Shown: in pieces, positions 9,528 through 20,000 of the stretch
Numbering within the stretch: position 1 is the first letter of the stretch
Layout: every line of letters begins with the position of its first letter
Assembly: GCA_000934665.2 (NCBI GenBank)
Contig: JYFJ02001741.1
Location: 50,701-70,700 of the forward strand
Source: Catajapyx aquilonaris
Lineage: Eukaryota
Length of the DNA stretch: 20,000 nt
Direction of reading: 5' to 3'
Position numbers and translations under genes: made by a program
The notes under the pieces: model-generated
Databases searched by the model: none
The model's input: only the letters and a program-made list of their open reading frames with translations
What the model was told of the DNA's origin: nothing

Positions 9528-11112
9528 TTTGCAAAAACCGGGTTAGAATGCAAGACCACACGTATTTCGCTAATAAGCAGAGCGGGTACTTGCCCGACTA
9601 ATTTCCATTAGTCGCTTTCAATATGCGTTGCGAGTCCCCGCCCTTTACATCTTTAATATCACTCTTGCAATATGCAGGGTTGCAGTCAGGAACAATCTAG
9701 TGTTATTAAGTTAATAAAACAGGGATGATGTCATTAAGGGGGATGACGTAAGGGACAGTCTCTCCTGGGTAAATAGTATTGTCGTGCCAACAATGTTTGG
9801 CTGTCTCTCTCCAAGAATCTGGAAAATTTTGGCCCACCTCTAAAGCCATGGGCCCTCGGCTCGATTTCCAACAATATCTCGGCACCGTTTCCTTTGAACT
9901 TATCGTCCTCTGGCCCTCATGGAAATCGATATAGGCCTGCTTCAAAGCCTCGTTGAATCATAATGATCGCAGCAGACGCTTAAAACATTCTGATTTCGTT
10001 TGATGTTGCCCCAGGGCGCTCCTATTATTTCAGCGGGCTCTCATATTAAGGAAAATGCCGGTAATATAATAATCGTTTGCCACATCCAAAACTGTAAAAC
10101 CTACAAAGTGCAGTCACTGTCGCTAACACCCAAACTGTAGTTTTCCAGTTCAACTTCAAAGTACTGCACCTTTCTGTACATTGTGAAAAACCGGCTTATT
10201 ATATAGAAAAGGTATAGGTTGTATCAACATAAATTAATGGCTAGTAATTATTTACCCATCATATTATGTGCTCGTGCCAAGAATGCACATACGGTATCAG
10301 TAAAGTCGCCTCTAATAAAACCTACGGTTATTGGCTGCAAAGTAAATAGTCACGTAACATGGGGCACGGGATGTCTTTTAAATTACATAAACAGGCAAAT
10401 AACAACCGGAACTAATAACAGTACGGCGACTTATTTTACCTTCTGTACACGAGGTAAATCTGCACATAATTTCTCATTCATTTTGTACAAAGAAGCTAAA
10501 CTAATGCCAAATTATCCACATTTGGCATACATAATACGTATTCGACAATTTTCTATTTAATTTGAGTCCTGTCAAAATCAGTTTTGAGCAAACATATCAC
10601 AATAGTGCACTCGTCAAAATCTACACGAATTGTTGACAGACAGTACATACCAAACAGAAATGTTGAGTGCGTATACAAGAGCCGGTTCTAAGCAATGTCT
10701 GATTGTGACAAAATTCGTGCCACATCTGAAGTAGTCCTTCGCCCGATATACCAAACCGGCTCGTTAGTGATTCCAACGTGACACGAACATCTTTTAAAAC
10801 GTCGCGATTTGTGGCCACACTGTTCCACATCCACCCTTAGCAACCTTGTAGAAATGCCTACGCGATCAGAGGACCGGTCCCCCCCTGTAGCCCTTGGGTG
10901 TTCCAGATCAATCCAAAAACTCCCACCTTAAAAATAAGCACAACTCACCCCAACAATGTGTCTCAACTAGTAGTTGATCGGGTTGTTTTCCCGCCCAAAA
11001 AGCGTTCCTCTCTGTTGCAAGTCCGCTCGCCAACTGAACCTCTCTTCAGGTTGGCGCTGTTCAACACACTCGAAAATGGAGGTTGGGGGTAGGAGGGTTG
11101 GTGTCTAGACCC

Positions 11113-11141
11113 CCACCACCACCACCCTTCTCTCTCTCTCT
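11113..11141. repeat. Compound (CCA)4 + (TC)6 microsatellite
   Basis: CCACCACCACCACCCTTCTCTCTCTCTCT read directly. Confidence 0.85.
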
Positions 11142-14100
11142 AAAAAGACGGTTCTCTTTCAGTTGGTGTGCACCCTCGTCTGAACAAAGACTAGGGGAGG
11201 TTGTCCAGGGAGCGCCACAGGACAGACTTGACGCTGCTGCCTGCCAGCGAGAAAGAGACGAACTTGCTCAAAGTGCGATATTTGAGTGCTTCAAAATATA
11301 CAGTGTCGACTTCATTTCGTTAATTAGCAGCAGTACCATATAATTTGTTTCATGGTTGGTTGCACACACATGGAAAAATTATCCAAATTATATTTGCAAT
11401 GAAAATTAAAAACATCTGACGATGGTATTGTGTTACTCTGAAGCTGTGGATAGGGATGGTTAGAATTTGCATAGATCATGCTATGAATTTGGAAGTTCCA
11501 GAAGCGGGACAGTTGCATCCAACGTGGATATAAATTGAAGAGAAATGATGGGTGTTGTGAAAAAACGTGACAAAAGTGTGATTTTTCAGGAAAGCGAATT
11601 GAAGTTTGCACTCTTATCACAAGTCATAGGGAAGTCCGTGTTGCCGTCTTGTGTATGATACGTGAACTTGGAGTACACCAAACTGTTTGTCATGTCTGTT
11701 ACATAGTTGCTAGGTGTTCAGATAAAAAATGTGGGTTGTCACGTTTTTCCACCACACCCCTGAATATATGGCCAAAGACGTTAAAAAGAGCATTTTATTC
11801 AGTCCCATAGTAATACAAGTTCGTTGATTCCTATTGTAACAGTTCTTGCCAGCACAATCATGGACCAGCTCGAGCAAAAAAAATATCTTGAAACAGCATT
11901 CCTTCTCATATGCCAAAAGTATGAAAAAGCGTGAAAGTCAAGGCCGTACTTTCATGTCGCTAAACCGGGCGACCTTCCAAAGACTCTTATGATCCGGTCA
12001 GCACAAGAGGTTGAGATATAATCCAAAAGCGGTTGGCTGGACTGAGCTGTAAGTCCCCCTCCTGTTTCGCGTATTGATCCGGAAGAAAAGAGAGAGGGTG
12101 GGGTAGGGGGACATCCCCCTCTTGCAGCGGAAATTAAACAGAAAGTTGGTGGGGGGTTTCTATAGGTACCCATTGCGCATGAGTAGCTTCTCCATTCATA
12201 AAACCCAGTGGGAAATCTGAAAATGGTCAGGTTGGCCACAATCATCACCATCAACCGTCATTAGCAGCAATCTCGCAAATTAACCTAGATGTGCCTTGAT
12301 TATTTTTTGTTCCATTAAAAAATTTCTTTTGATGAATAAATGAAGAACTAACATAATAACTAAAAAGTAGGCATATATATGCAATTTCATTACTCGCCTC
12401 TTGCAAATATAATGCATAATATTGCGATCATACACATATGTGACATGAATCGTTCATAAACACTTTCTAAATGATGTGTACCAAAAGGATATTGGGAAGA
12501 AAATTCCATGCATTAGAATCAGTTCCAATGAGAATGAATCACCCTCTAAATCCTTTGGAGCACTTCACGTAATAGGGCCAATAAATATCTTCTTGGAATA
12601 GATCCAGTAAATCAAAAGAGCAGGATCTTTTCCTTATTATGTCCGATGCAATTTTGGGCTCGAGCTCCTCTTTTTTTTTGAGAGCTATAAAAATTCTGTG
12701 GGTAGAATTGCAATAGAGCACTTGACATAGTGAAATTGTGCGTATAGCAAACATGTTTATCATACGGGAGTTAATTAAATGGGACTGAATTTGGCATAGC
12801 TGAAATCCATATGTGAAATTAGTAATTAGTAAATGTCGACCGCGGAATAATTACGCACCGGTGTTTTAGAGTCGGAGAAAAAAAAGTGTGCATCATAAAA
12901 ACAAACATGCAGTATGAATGCAATCAGTTAGATACACCGAGAGGGACTAAAAATACGTGCACAGGACAGGGACCTAATATTAACGCGTAATGAGACAGAA
13001 ACAGTGCACACAAAGCATATGCCGCGTGTCACTCGCATATATGAGTTCATGAGAATGAGTTCATGTAGCTCTCGCGTTTCCCCCAAAATCCGTATATAGA
13101 CTGGCACCAAAAGCTGCATCAAATCCGCATAACCACATGTACTGTACCGTGCGGTGCACTATTCAAAATTATGTTGTCACAAAGGGAACTGCACTGTAAT
13201 AACATTGGCTATACATACAGGATGGTGCACTTCAAAGCGAAAGTGCTCATTTTAAAAAGAACGAAAAACCAGTGGCGGTTTCTGGAGTAAACCATTCGTT
13301 TAAAATGTAATAAAGAAAAATTAGACCAGCGGTTATTAGACTTCTTTTTTAAATATTCCAGAAGCACGTCCTTAATTTCTCGTTAGTAACGTTTCTTATA
13401 AGAAGTTTCGTCTTACTGTTGAGTGGGTGTGTTGATAAGCCACGAATTTTCAAGGGTTGATGATATTTCGGGCAAAGTTTAATCGCAAAAGTTGCACCCC
13501 AAGTTTACCTCGAGTATCTCATACCGCACCGGGAGCTTATGCAAATTCCAATGGAGCAACATGTGCGCCCGGTTACGCCCGAACAATCTATGTACTTTAA
13601 GTAGACCAAGAAAGGGCTTTAAAGGAAAGTGCTGGACCAACCAGAGAGACCGAATGCCCTGAATGACTTCTTCCGGAAGAAATTGGATCACAATTCACAA
13701 CCAATTGCTCCAGAATGGATGGGACTCCAAGGCTGCTTTTTATGGCTCGAAATTACAGTACAAGAGAGAAAATCATGGGGCTGTGCAATAGCTCTGGTTA
13801 GACTCAAGTGACATGTACAGATGCAATATTTCCAGATCGCGCATACGAACTGAATACGTCTCAAAATGAAATATGAATAGCCACAAACACACGCACAATT
13901 TAATTTTTATTAATTTTTAATATAAAATTTGAGTCGGTCCTAAGTGGCAAGCATTCCGTGTCATCGCCATAATGCGACAATAAATAAACCGACGGGTCTT
14001 TTCTCCTAATGGCTCGGAAGAGCTTTTCCATTCATCCTGGTAACAATGCAACCCGCTTATGCCGAGCGGGAAGCGTAATTGCCAGGAACTAAAACTCCGG

Positions 14101-14331
14101 CTCGAACAAATAGAGAGAGTTGGAGCCTTGTAAAGCGGCGCCAGTGGGGCATCGTCAGTCACCAGATATCGGGGACGGAAGAGCTGATTGTGTGCACTTC
14201 CTCAGCACAGCGCCCCTTAATTTGATTCATGACTCCGCCAGGACAGATTAGATTAGGTCCAGATTGTTGCCAAGGCAGCCAAGGAGCCTGAGACACCTTG
14301 GCTCAATGGATTAGCTTTCGGATATCACACG

Positions 14332-14476
14332 ATTTTGTCCAAAAATTTTGTGGAATGGAAGGAATTTAGGCGCAATAAAGTTGAGTACAAACGAAAAAAT
14401 TTTGTCCATGAAATTATGATTGCTCTCTATCCGTGCTGCTAAGTTCTGGACCTGGACAAAATGTTGGGACAAAAAT
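14332..14476. repeat. Imperfect inverted repeat built from TTTTGTCC units (MITE/foldback-like relic)
   Basis: 14333-14354 matches the reverse complement of 14453-14474 at 18/22. An extra internal unit, AAAAATTTTGTCCA, lies at 14395-14408. Confidence 0.55.
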
Positions 14477-15945
14477 TCCGTTTCCAGGACATGTCTTTGT
14501 GACGAGACGTCTGGGGGAAAGTGTTATGTAACGTCGACTTTCGTTCTCTTCTTTTTAGTAGTCAGGCTCGTCAGTGTTATGCCTAATGTCTAATGAGGAT
14601 CGGGAAGGTTCGGTTTTCCAATCCTGTCCAAGAATGTGGCATGAGGGCCGTTTGCCAAGAAATTATTGTCCAGCGTGGAGGATCGGCAGAAACCACTTTT
14701 AAAACCGGTCTGGACAATGTTACGCCCAAACCGGAGTTCAGGCCAGCATGTCCACTTCCTCCACATACTCTACAATATGTGAAGTTCAGTAGGATGCCAA
14801 TGGTTATATGCGTATCGATAGTGCCGGCAATGGTTAATAAGTCCGGAGCTGTACAAGCAAGTGCCGTACTCAAATTGTAAACAAAAGCAGCACATGAGAG
14901 GAAGACATATAGTTTGCCACTGCCGGACATACTATAGATAATTATAATGCGCATAAGTTATGAGGGGCGTGTACTGGCTCATGCAGAGGATATGGTTTAT
15001 AAGAGAATATCCTCAGTATTATATGCACATTTCAGAGGCCGGCGCGGTGTTGCGTTTTGCCTTTGCCCTTCACTTTTCGTTTTAAATAGCATCTGATTCA
15101 AGGACTCTTGATGGTCATCCACAAGTAAGGTGTAGAGCTTGATTTATGTGCAGGTCCGTGTTATTAAAAGGATGCTACTGAGACAGTATTCCGATAGTAT
15201 AATATGCAGCATTGAATTTTCTGGCTATATACTGCTGCAAGACTGGATGTAAATATCCGGAAGGACGTATAAATTCCTAAAGTTACAACTCGGTTCACCC
15301 CTGCTGTATTACACAGACGCAGTTACAATCCGGCCTACCGATGATTTAATGGCCACTAACAGTATTCGTTATGGTAGCTTCACGTACAGTATGTAGCGGT
15401 TTCGTTATGCGCATCCAGGTCACCTATGAAGTAAGCTTCAACTTTTTTTTAAAATCCTCTCTCGTGTTTTTGCGAGATCTGATTACGAGCCGGGCAGCTC
15501 GTTTCTGCTGCGTTTTCGGCTTCGTTGTTGCTTCATACTTTTTCCCGGCAATTTCATCGGTAAGTCATCTCTTGGGAGTCATATTAGGCATGCACGTGCG
15601 GCGGACTCGCATTTCATTACGCCCGGGTCGGAGCTGGTATTGCACATGTGGGTGTTAAAATATGCAGCGCATTGACAAATCAATGCGTGTACTACTGTAT
15701 ACAGAAAGCATCCCGGATATGAAAAGCTAGGAGTCTAGCCCAAATTGCAAGCACGAAAAGATTCATCTGGCAGAGAGTAAGTGAAACTGAAATGTGCGCA
15801 CTTTCAGTGACTGATGGTATTCTGCATGCTTCTTATTGTTGCATGTTAGTGTCATTGTCAGTACTGTTGACCTTACTGCTCTCAACGCACAGATCCCTAC
15901 CTGGATCTTGTACGTTGTACTCTAGTCAATATTGTCACTTCTCTT

Positions 15946-15963
15946 CCCCCCCCCCCCCNCCCC
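15946..15963. repeat. Poly-C tract containing an ambiguous base
   Basis: C13-N-C4, with the N at 15959. Confidence 0.9.
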
Positions 15964-15974
15964 GGTCACGTTCC

Positions 15975-15987
15975 GTTGCTAGGTAAC
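15975..15987. promoter_or_regulatory. Near-consensus RFX X-box
   Basis: GTTGCTAGGTAAC: two good inverted half-sites with a 1-nt spacer. Confidence 0.5.
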
Positions 15988-18563
15988 ACTCTATAGGTGG
16001 CAAAGTAAGCAAAGGAAGACCCAGAATAATGGGTACAAAATGGGTATTTAAAAAGTCATGTTTGGACACCCTATCGCCCCCCATCCAGATTCTTTTAATG
16101 ACAATAGACACTGCAGAAGTGGTCATGACTTACATAACTGCAGGGTGCATGTAATTCTCAGCCATTCGTGAATAATGCATGAGTACTCTGTTCATTACCT
16201 CACGTCTACTTAGAGCACAAAGGCGCACCTCCAGAGTAAACTTTGAATGCAAGCTAGACACATTTACAAAGAAGCAGGCCTATATCCAATGGATTTCTCT
16301 TGTCGAGTCAGGTTCAATCTAGCCTAAGGTGCAGGGCACAATAATTAAGTTATGCAAATGGGGAAGGAGGTAACAATTCTAGCGAATTTGTACTGTGCAA
16401 ATGTTTGCAAAATATACGCTTCAATAATATACAGTATAAGCATTACCAAGCCATGTCAGATGTATAATTAGCAACAATGCATCCCTTTCTGAAGGTTTGG
16501 TTAAAAATGACTATATTTTGTCGAATTTACTTCCAACATATGGACTAGTCAAATTGGACTAATTTTTAATCATTTTTGATACACTCTCATACACATAGTC
16601 AGGTGTGGCTAAAATTTTGTAGCGACAATTGGACTACTCTATGTGTGGGAAATATCTAAATCAGTTTAGTCAATAAGAGTGTAAGAGACCCACACGATGC
16701 AGTGAAATGTTATCATTATCCGAGCATATACTGGTCAATTTAAAACACATTACGGTACACATGAAGCCATGGAAGTGAATAATGGCTCGCAATCAATTTT
16801 GGCGACAGCCGACAGCTGTTATGTGCAATAGAAAATTCCAGCAGGTGCATGTCGTCATATGACTCCTTGTCCTTACAAGGCACTGCACCTTCAATTTGAA
16901 AATTACCCGGTACTCCACTGTATAATTACCACACTAACCGCGTCTTCTCTGCAGGTGTATTTCCCGAGAACCTTTTCAGTTCCCGCAATTATACTCTTAT
17001 ATGCTCCACGAGGCATGACCCTTTAAGAAGTTCGTAGCAGGTAGCCAAGGAGTGACAGCCCGCAACACAAACGGCATTGATCATCTTGGCAACATTTCGA
17101 GGCAACGCAACGGTATGTTTTTCGCAAAGGCAAAAGGGGGCTGCAATTATTTTGCACCTCAGGTTCTCTCTTGGCTCAGTCTCGATATTCATCTGCAGAT
17201 AGGTGAAGGCCTTCGGGCTTCTCAGCACACTTATAGAGTTCATAGATCGGATGCGGCCATTGGCGGTGAGTAATTACGTGGCATGAGGATCTCAAAGTGT
17301 GTCGCATGCTTCATCGATTATTTGCTTTTAATGCAGTCCTTACCATCGGGTAAACATTTCGGGATAATAATGCACTTTCCTGTTGCTTGCTATTACTCAC
17401 TTTGTTTGTGCAACCGATCAAACAATGCACTAACACGGTAGTGCATGTGCGCTGTACTATACTAATATGGCAATGACTTCAAGGAATGCAGTTTTACGAG
17501 TAAGAGGAAGAACCTCGTGACGTCATGTGGAGACGTATCGAGATTTATTGGACGAAATATCCTTGGCTCGTATTCGCCTTTCAAGGTACATGTTAGTCAG
17601 CGACATTATACCGCGCCCATGACGTCGACTATTGTCTAAATATTTTGCAGTGTAAACTTGTTTTGAAAGGTCATTCATATTTAAAATGTTTACTGTCCAC
17701 TATGAAATGATCCGCTCCAGCAACTATATTATAGTTAACGCGGATGGGACAAAAATATTGGTCTGGACTTGGGCAGTGCACCACCCTGTACAGAAAGTGC
17801 AAGCAAAGAACCAACTTGTTGCAATCGGCATAGTGTCAATAATTCTTACTCTAAAAGGCTCGATCCCGATCGTTACAGGATTGTGGCGTGGGAGGTTAGA
17901 ATCACGAAAACGAAAGTTTATCGACTGATGATACATTTCACTCTTCGCCAAACGACCAGGTCGGGCAGGGTGGTTCAGATAAGTAGTAGAAATACACTAC
18001 TTTTTAAAGTTTCTCTCTGAACAGCAGCCTATACATATAAAATGACTTGAGAAAACTCATTCTTGATAATTTAAAAATACTGTGCTGTTTTATCAAGAAA
18101 ATATGGGTGTACTATTCTAGGAGCTAAATTTAGCTAAATTGAAGTATATTAAAAATACCGTACCGCTTAAACTCAGGCCTCCTGTCATATATGGCGTGCT
18201 GATATTAAATCTCTTATCAGGTGGCTGTCTATCTTCCGGCCACAAAAGTCACTCTTTATGATACTGCAGATTAGACGTCTATGAAAAACTTGTAACGGCA
18301 CAACCGTGGTGTGAAGAATTTGCATGCTGTGACGAGACTATGGCGTCAGATAACGCGCGCAACATAACAATGTCACTTCGCTTCCGACACGATCACATTT
18401 CGCCAAAACGGAAAAAGGGCCCGTAAGTTACTCACCCACCGCACAAATCGCATTTCGCAATTTCGGGTTCATTCCGCTGTCATATCTGCACTGCCAAGCT
18501 CTGCGGAGGTGTAATGCGTTGTGAGATCAGTGTCACACTCGGAGGCTGTGCATCAACCGATGT

Positions 18564-18623
18564 ATTGAGTCAATTCGACAGTCTCATCCTCCACTCTGGT
18601 GATCAGTAAAAAATTGACTCAAT
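18564..18623. repeat. 12-bp perfect inverted repeat whose arms are extended AP-1 sites
   Basis: ATTGAGTCAATT 18564-18575 with AATTGACTCAAT 18612-18623. Confidence 0.7.
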
Positions 18624-19113
18624 CTTTATTGAAAGGCGAAGGATGAATCCACATCATCTATGTTTCTTATAGTGATGAGGGGCTTTTGCAATAGTCTTGA
18701 CGTAATAAATGGTGCCGCGCCGTTCTTAATTATTAACGTACGGTCTAACATGCGTCTTGTGGCCATTACGCACGCCATTTCTATTATATTTTGAAGAACT
18801 GAAACATGTGTATCCGTAATTTTTCATTGATATCAACCGTAATTTCAAAGACCTCGATATTTTTTGCTATTTAATTATCGGCGATACTGTACAGCTCCTG
18901 TATAGTATTTTCTCATTATTTACTATATACAATATACATGTATACCGAGTTAATCAGATCTATTGTTTACCATGTATCGTCCCTTTCTCCGCCGATGACT
19001 GACCCTTAATCAATCACTCGGAACGATTTCTTAGGTTAACTCCAATGGGCCTGTTCCATTACATGGAGTCGTACACGCAGTGGGGATTGTATTTACAAAG
19101 AGCGTAGTTTCCC

Positions 19114-19131
19114 TTACGTAACTTTACATAA
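19114..19131. promoter_or_regulatory. Tandem D-box (PAR-bZIP/NFIL3-type) sites
   Basis: TTACGTAA 19114-19121 and TTACATAA 19124-19131, one helical turn apart. Confidence 0.45.
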
Positions 19132-19597
19132 TGTTACAATCGATACGGAACCTGTCCTGTTGTCACACGCAAATTTTCGTACGTACCGGGTTACGAAAGA
19201 GATTGAACCGCATTCGACTTTTCTTCAATATCTCATTATCTTAACAGCACTCGCATTAATATTGTACTGGTACATTCCGGGGCACCGACAGTAATTTGCA
19301 ATTACTGTCAAGGCCAACATAACCCTGACTATACAGATCGATTAGCATCCATAATTACACGTAACAACGCACATCTGCCCAAAAGAAAAAAAAACCATGC
19401 TTCCCCCACACATCCATCGTGCGGAAAAAATCCCGGATTTCTCAATCGCATCTATTCTTATACTCTGCCATTTTTATCCTGACCGAAGCCACTCCGAAGG
19501 TCAGCATGTCCCGCAAAATCACCCCTCATGGACCATTACGCATTTATGGGCCCGCAAAAAAGCACTCAGATAAGGCTGGATTCAAGCTGGGAAAAAC

Positions 19598-19630
19598 CAC
19601 CTTTCCATTGATGGCATCAATGGAAAGGTG
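19598..19630. repeat. Perfect 33-bp palindrome (16-bp arms, 1-nt centre)
   Basis: CACCTTTCCATTGATG-G-CATCAATGGAAAGGTG, checked base by base. Confidence 0.97.
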
Positions 19631-19943
19631 TCCGAATTTCGATTCAAGCACGAATGATCAGAGAGTGTAATGAAGTGTCTTAAATCATTAGTCTACACTC
19701 ACATTTGTGTAAGTGTGACGTCATCATTGTTGTTCCACAACATTTGACCATCCAAATGGAGAAACCTATGAATTTTCGGTATTGAAAAGGACAATTACTC
19801 GCACGACCGGGCCCAAATAAAAGGCTCCGGATTTGAACAAAAAAAATATAAAGGGCAAAGAACCGGAGGCAAACCTGTCCCCCCAAAAAACAGTCCGGAA
19901 TCCTCCAAAATCGAACTCTGAATTAAAACCCGGCCAAAATCCA

Positions 19944-19984
19944 CCCCACCAACCCCCCTCAAGCCCTTTCACTCCCCCCCACCC
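19944..19984 (-). other. Potential G-quadruplex-forming sequence on the minus strand
   Basis: The plus strand has C-runs of 4, 6, 3, 7 and 3 nt separated by loops of 5, 5, 7 and 1 nt, which fits G3+N1-7 on the minus strand. Confidence 0.6.
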
Positions 19985-20000
19985 TCCAGTCCTCCCAATC

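Noticed and set aside
13041..13065. ATGAGTTCATG duplicated (AGTTCA half-sites with an 8-nt spacer)
   Set aside because: Not a canonical DR2/DR5 retinoic-acid element. Most likely a small local duplication.
14583..14954. Antiparallel ORFs of 123 and 95 aa
   Set aside because: No recognisable motifs or convincing splice sites.
18430..18480. Minus-strand donor TGG|GTGAGT with short upstream ATG frames
   Set aside because: Such donors occur about equally on both strands here, close to chance frequency, and there is no independent support.
1..20000. Prokaryotic or viral systems (CRISPR, operons, retrons, IS elements), tRNA, rRNA, snoRNA
   Set aside because: Coding density is very low. There is no regularly spaced repeat-spacer array, no cloverleaf around the GTTCGA-like words, and the C-box-like words I checked lack paired D-boxes.

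Overview
This looks like 20 kb of eukaryotic non-coding (intronic or intergenic) DNA. GC is roughly 40% by eye, CpG is not obviously depleted, and there are microsatellites and one N. The composition suggests an invertebrate animal, possibly amphioxus-like, but the taxon cannot be established from the sequence. None of the short ORFs (60-151 aa) resembles a protein family I recognise, and I found no rRNA, tRNA, CRISPR array or intact transposase/RT. The window instead reads as a cis-regulatory landscape: GC-richer islands carrying clustered nuclear-receptor extended half-sites (AAGGTCA/NBRE, DR1), bZIP sites (CRE, D-box, AP-1) and RFX X-boxes. These are interspersed with short inverted-repeat or MITE-like relics. 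The clearest structural oddity is a perfect 33-bp palindrome (19598-19630) sitting symmetrically between 9-bp direct repeats. A few candidate exons are flagged at low confidence. I cannot support a claim of a new biological system. All motif counts are by eye, and expectations are rough estimates assuming independent bases at about 40% GC.
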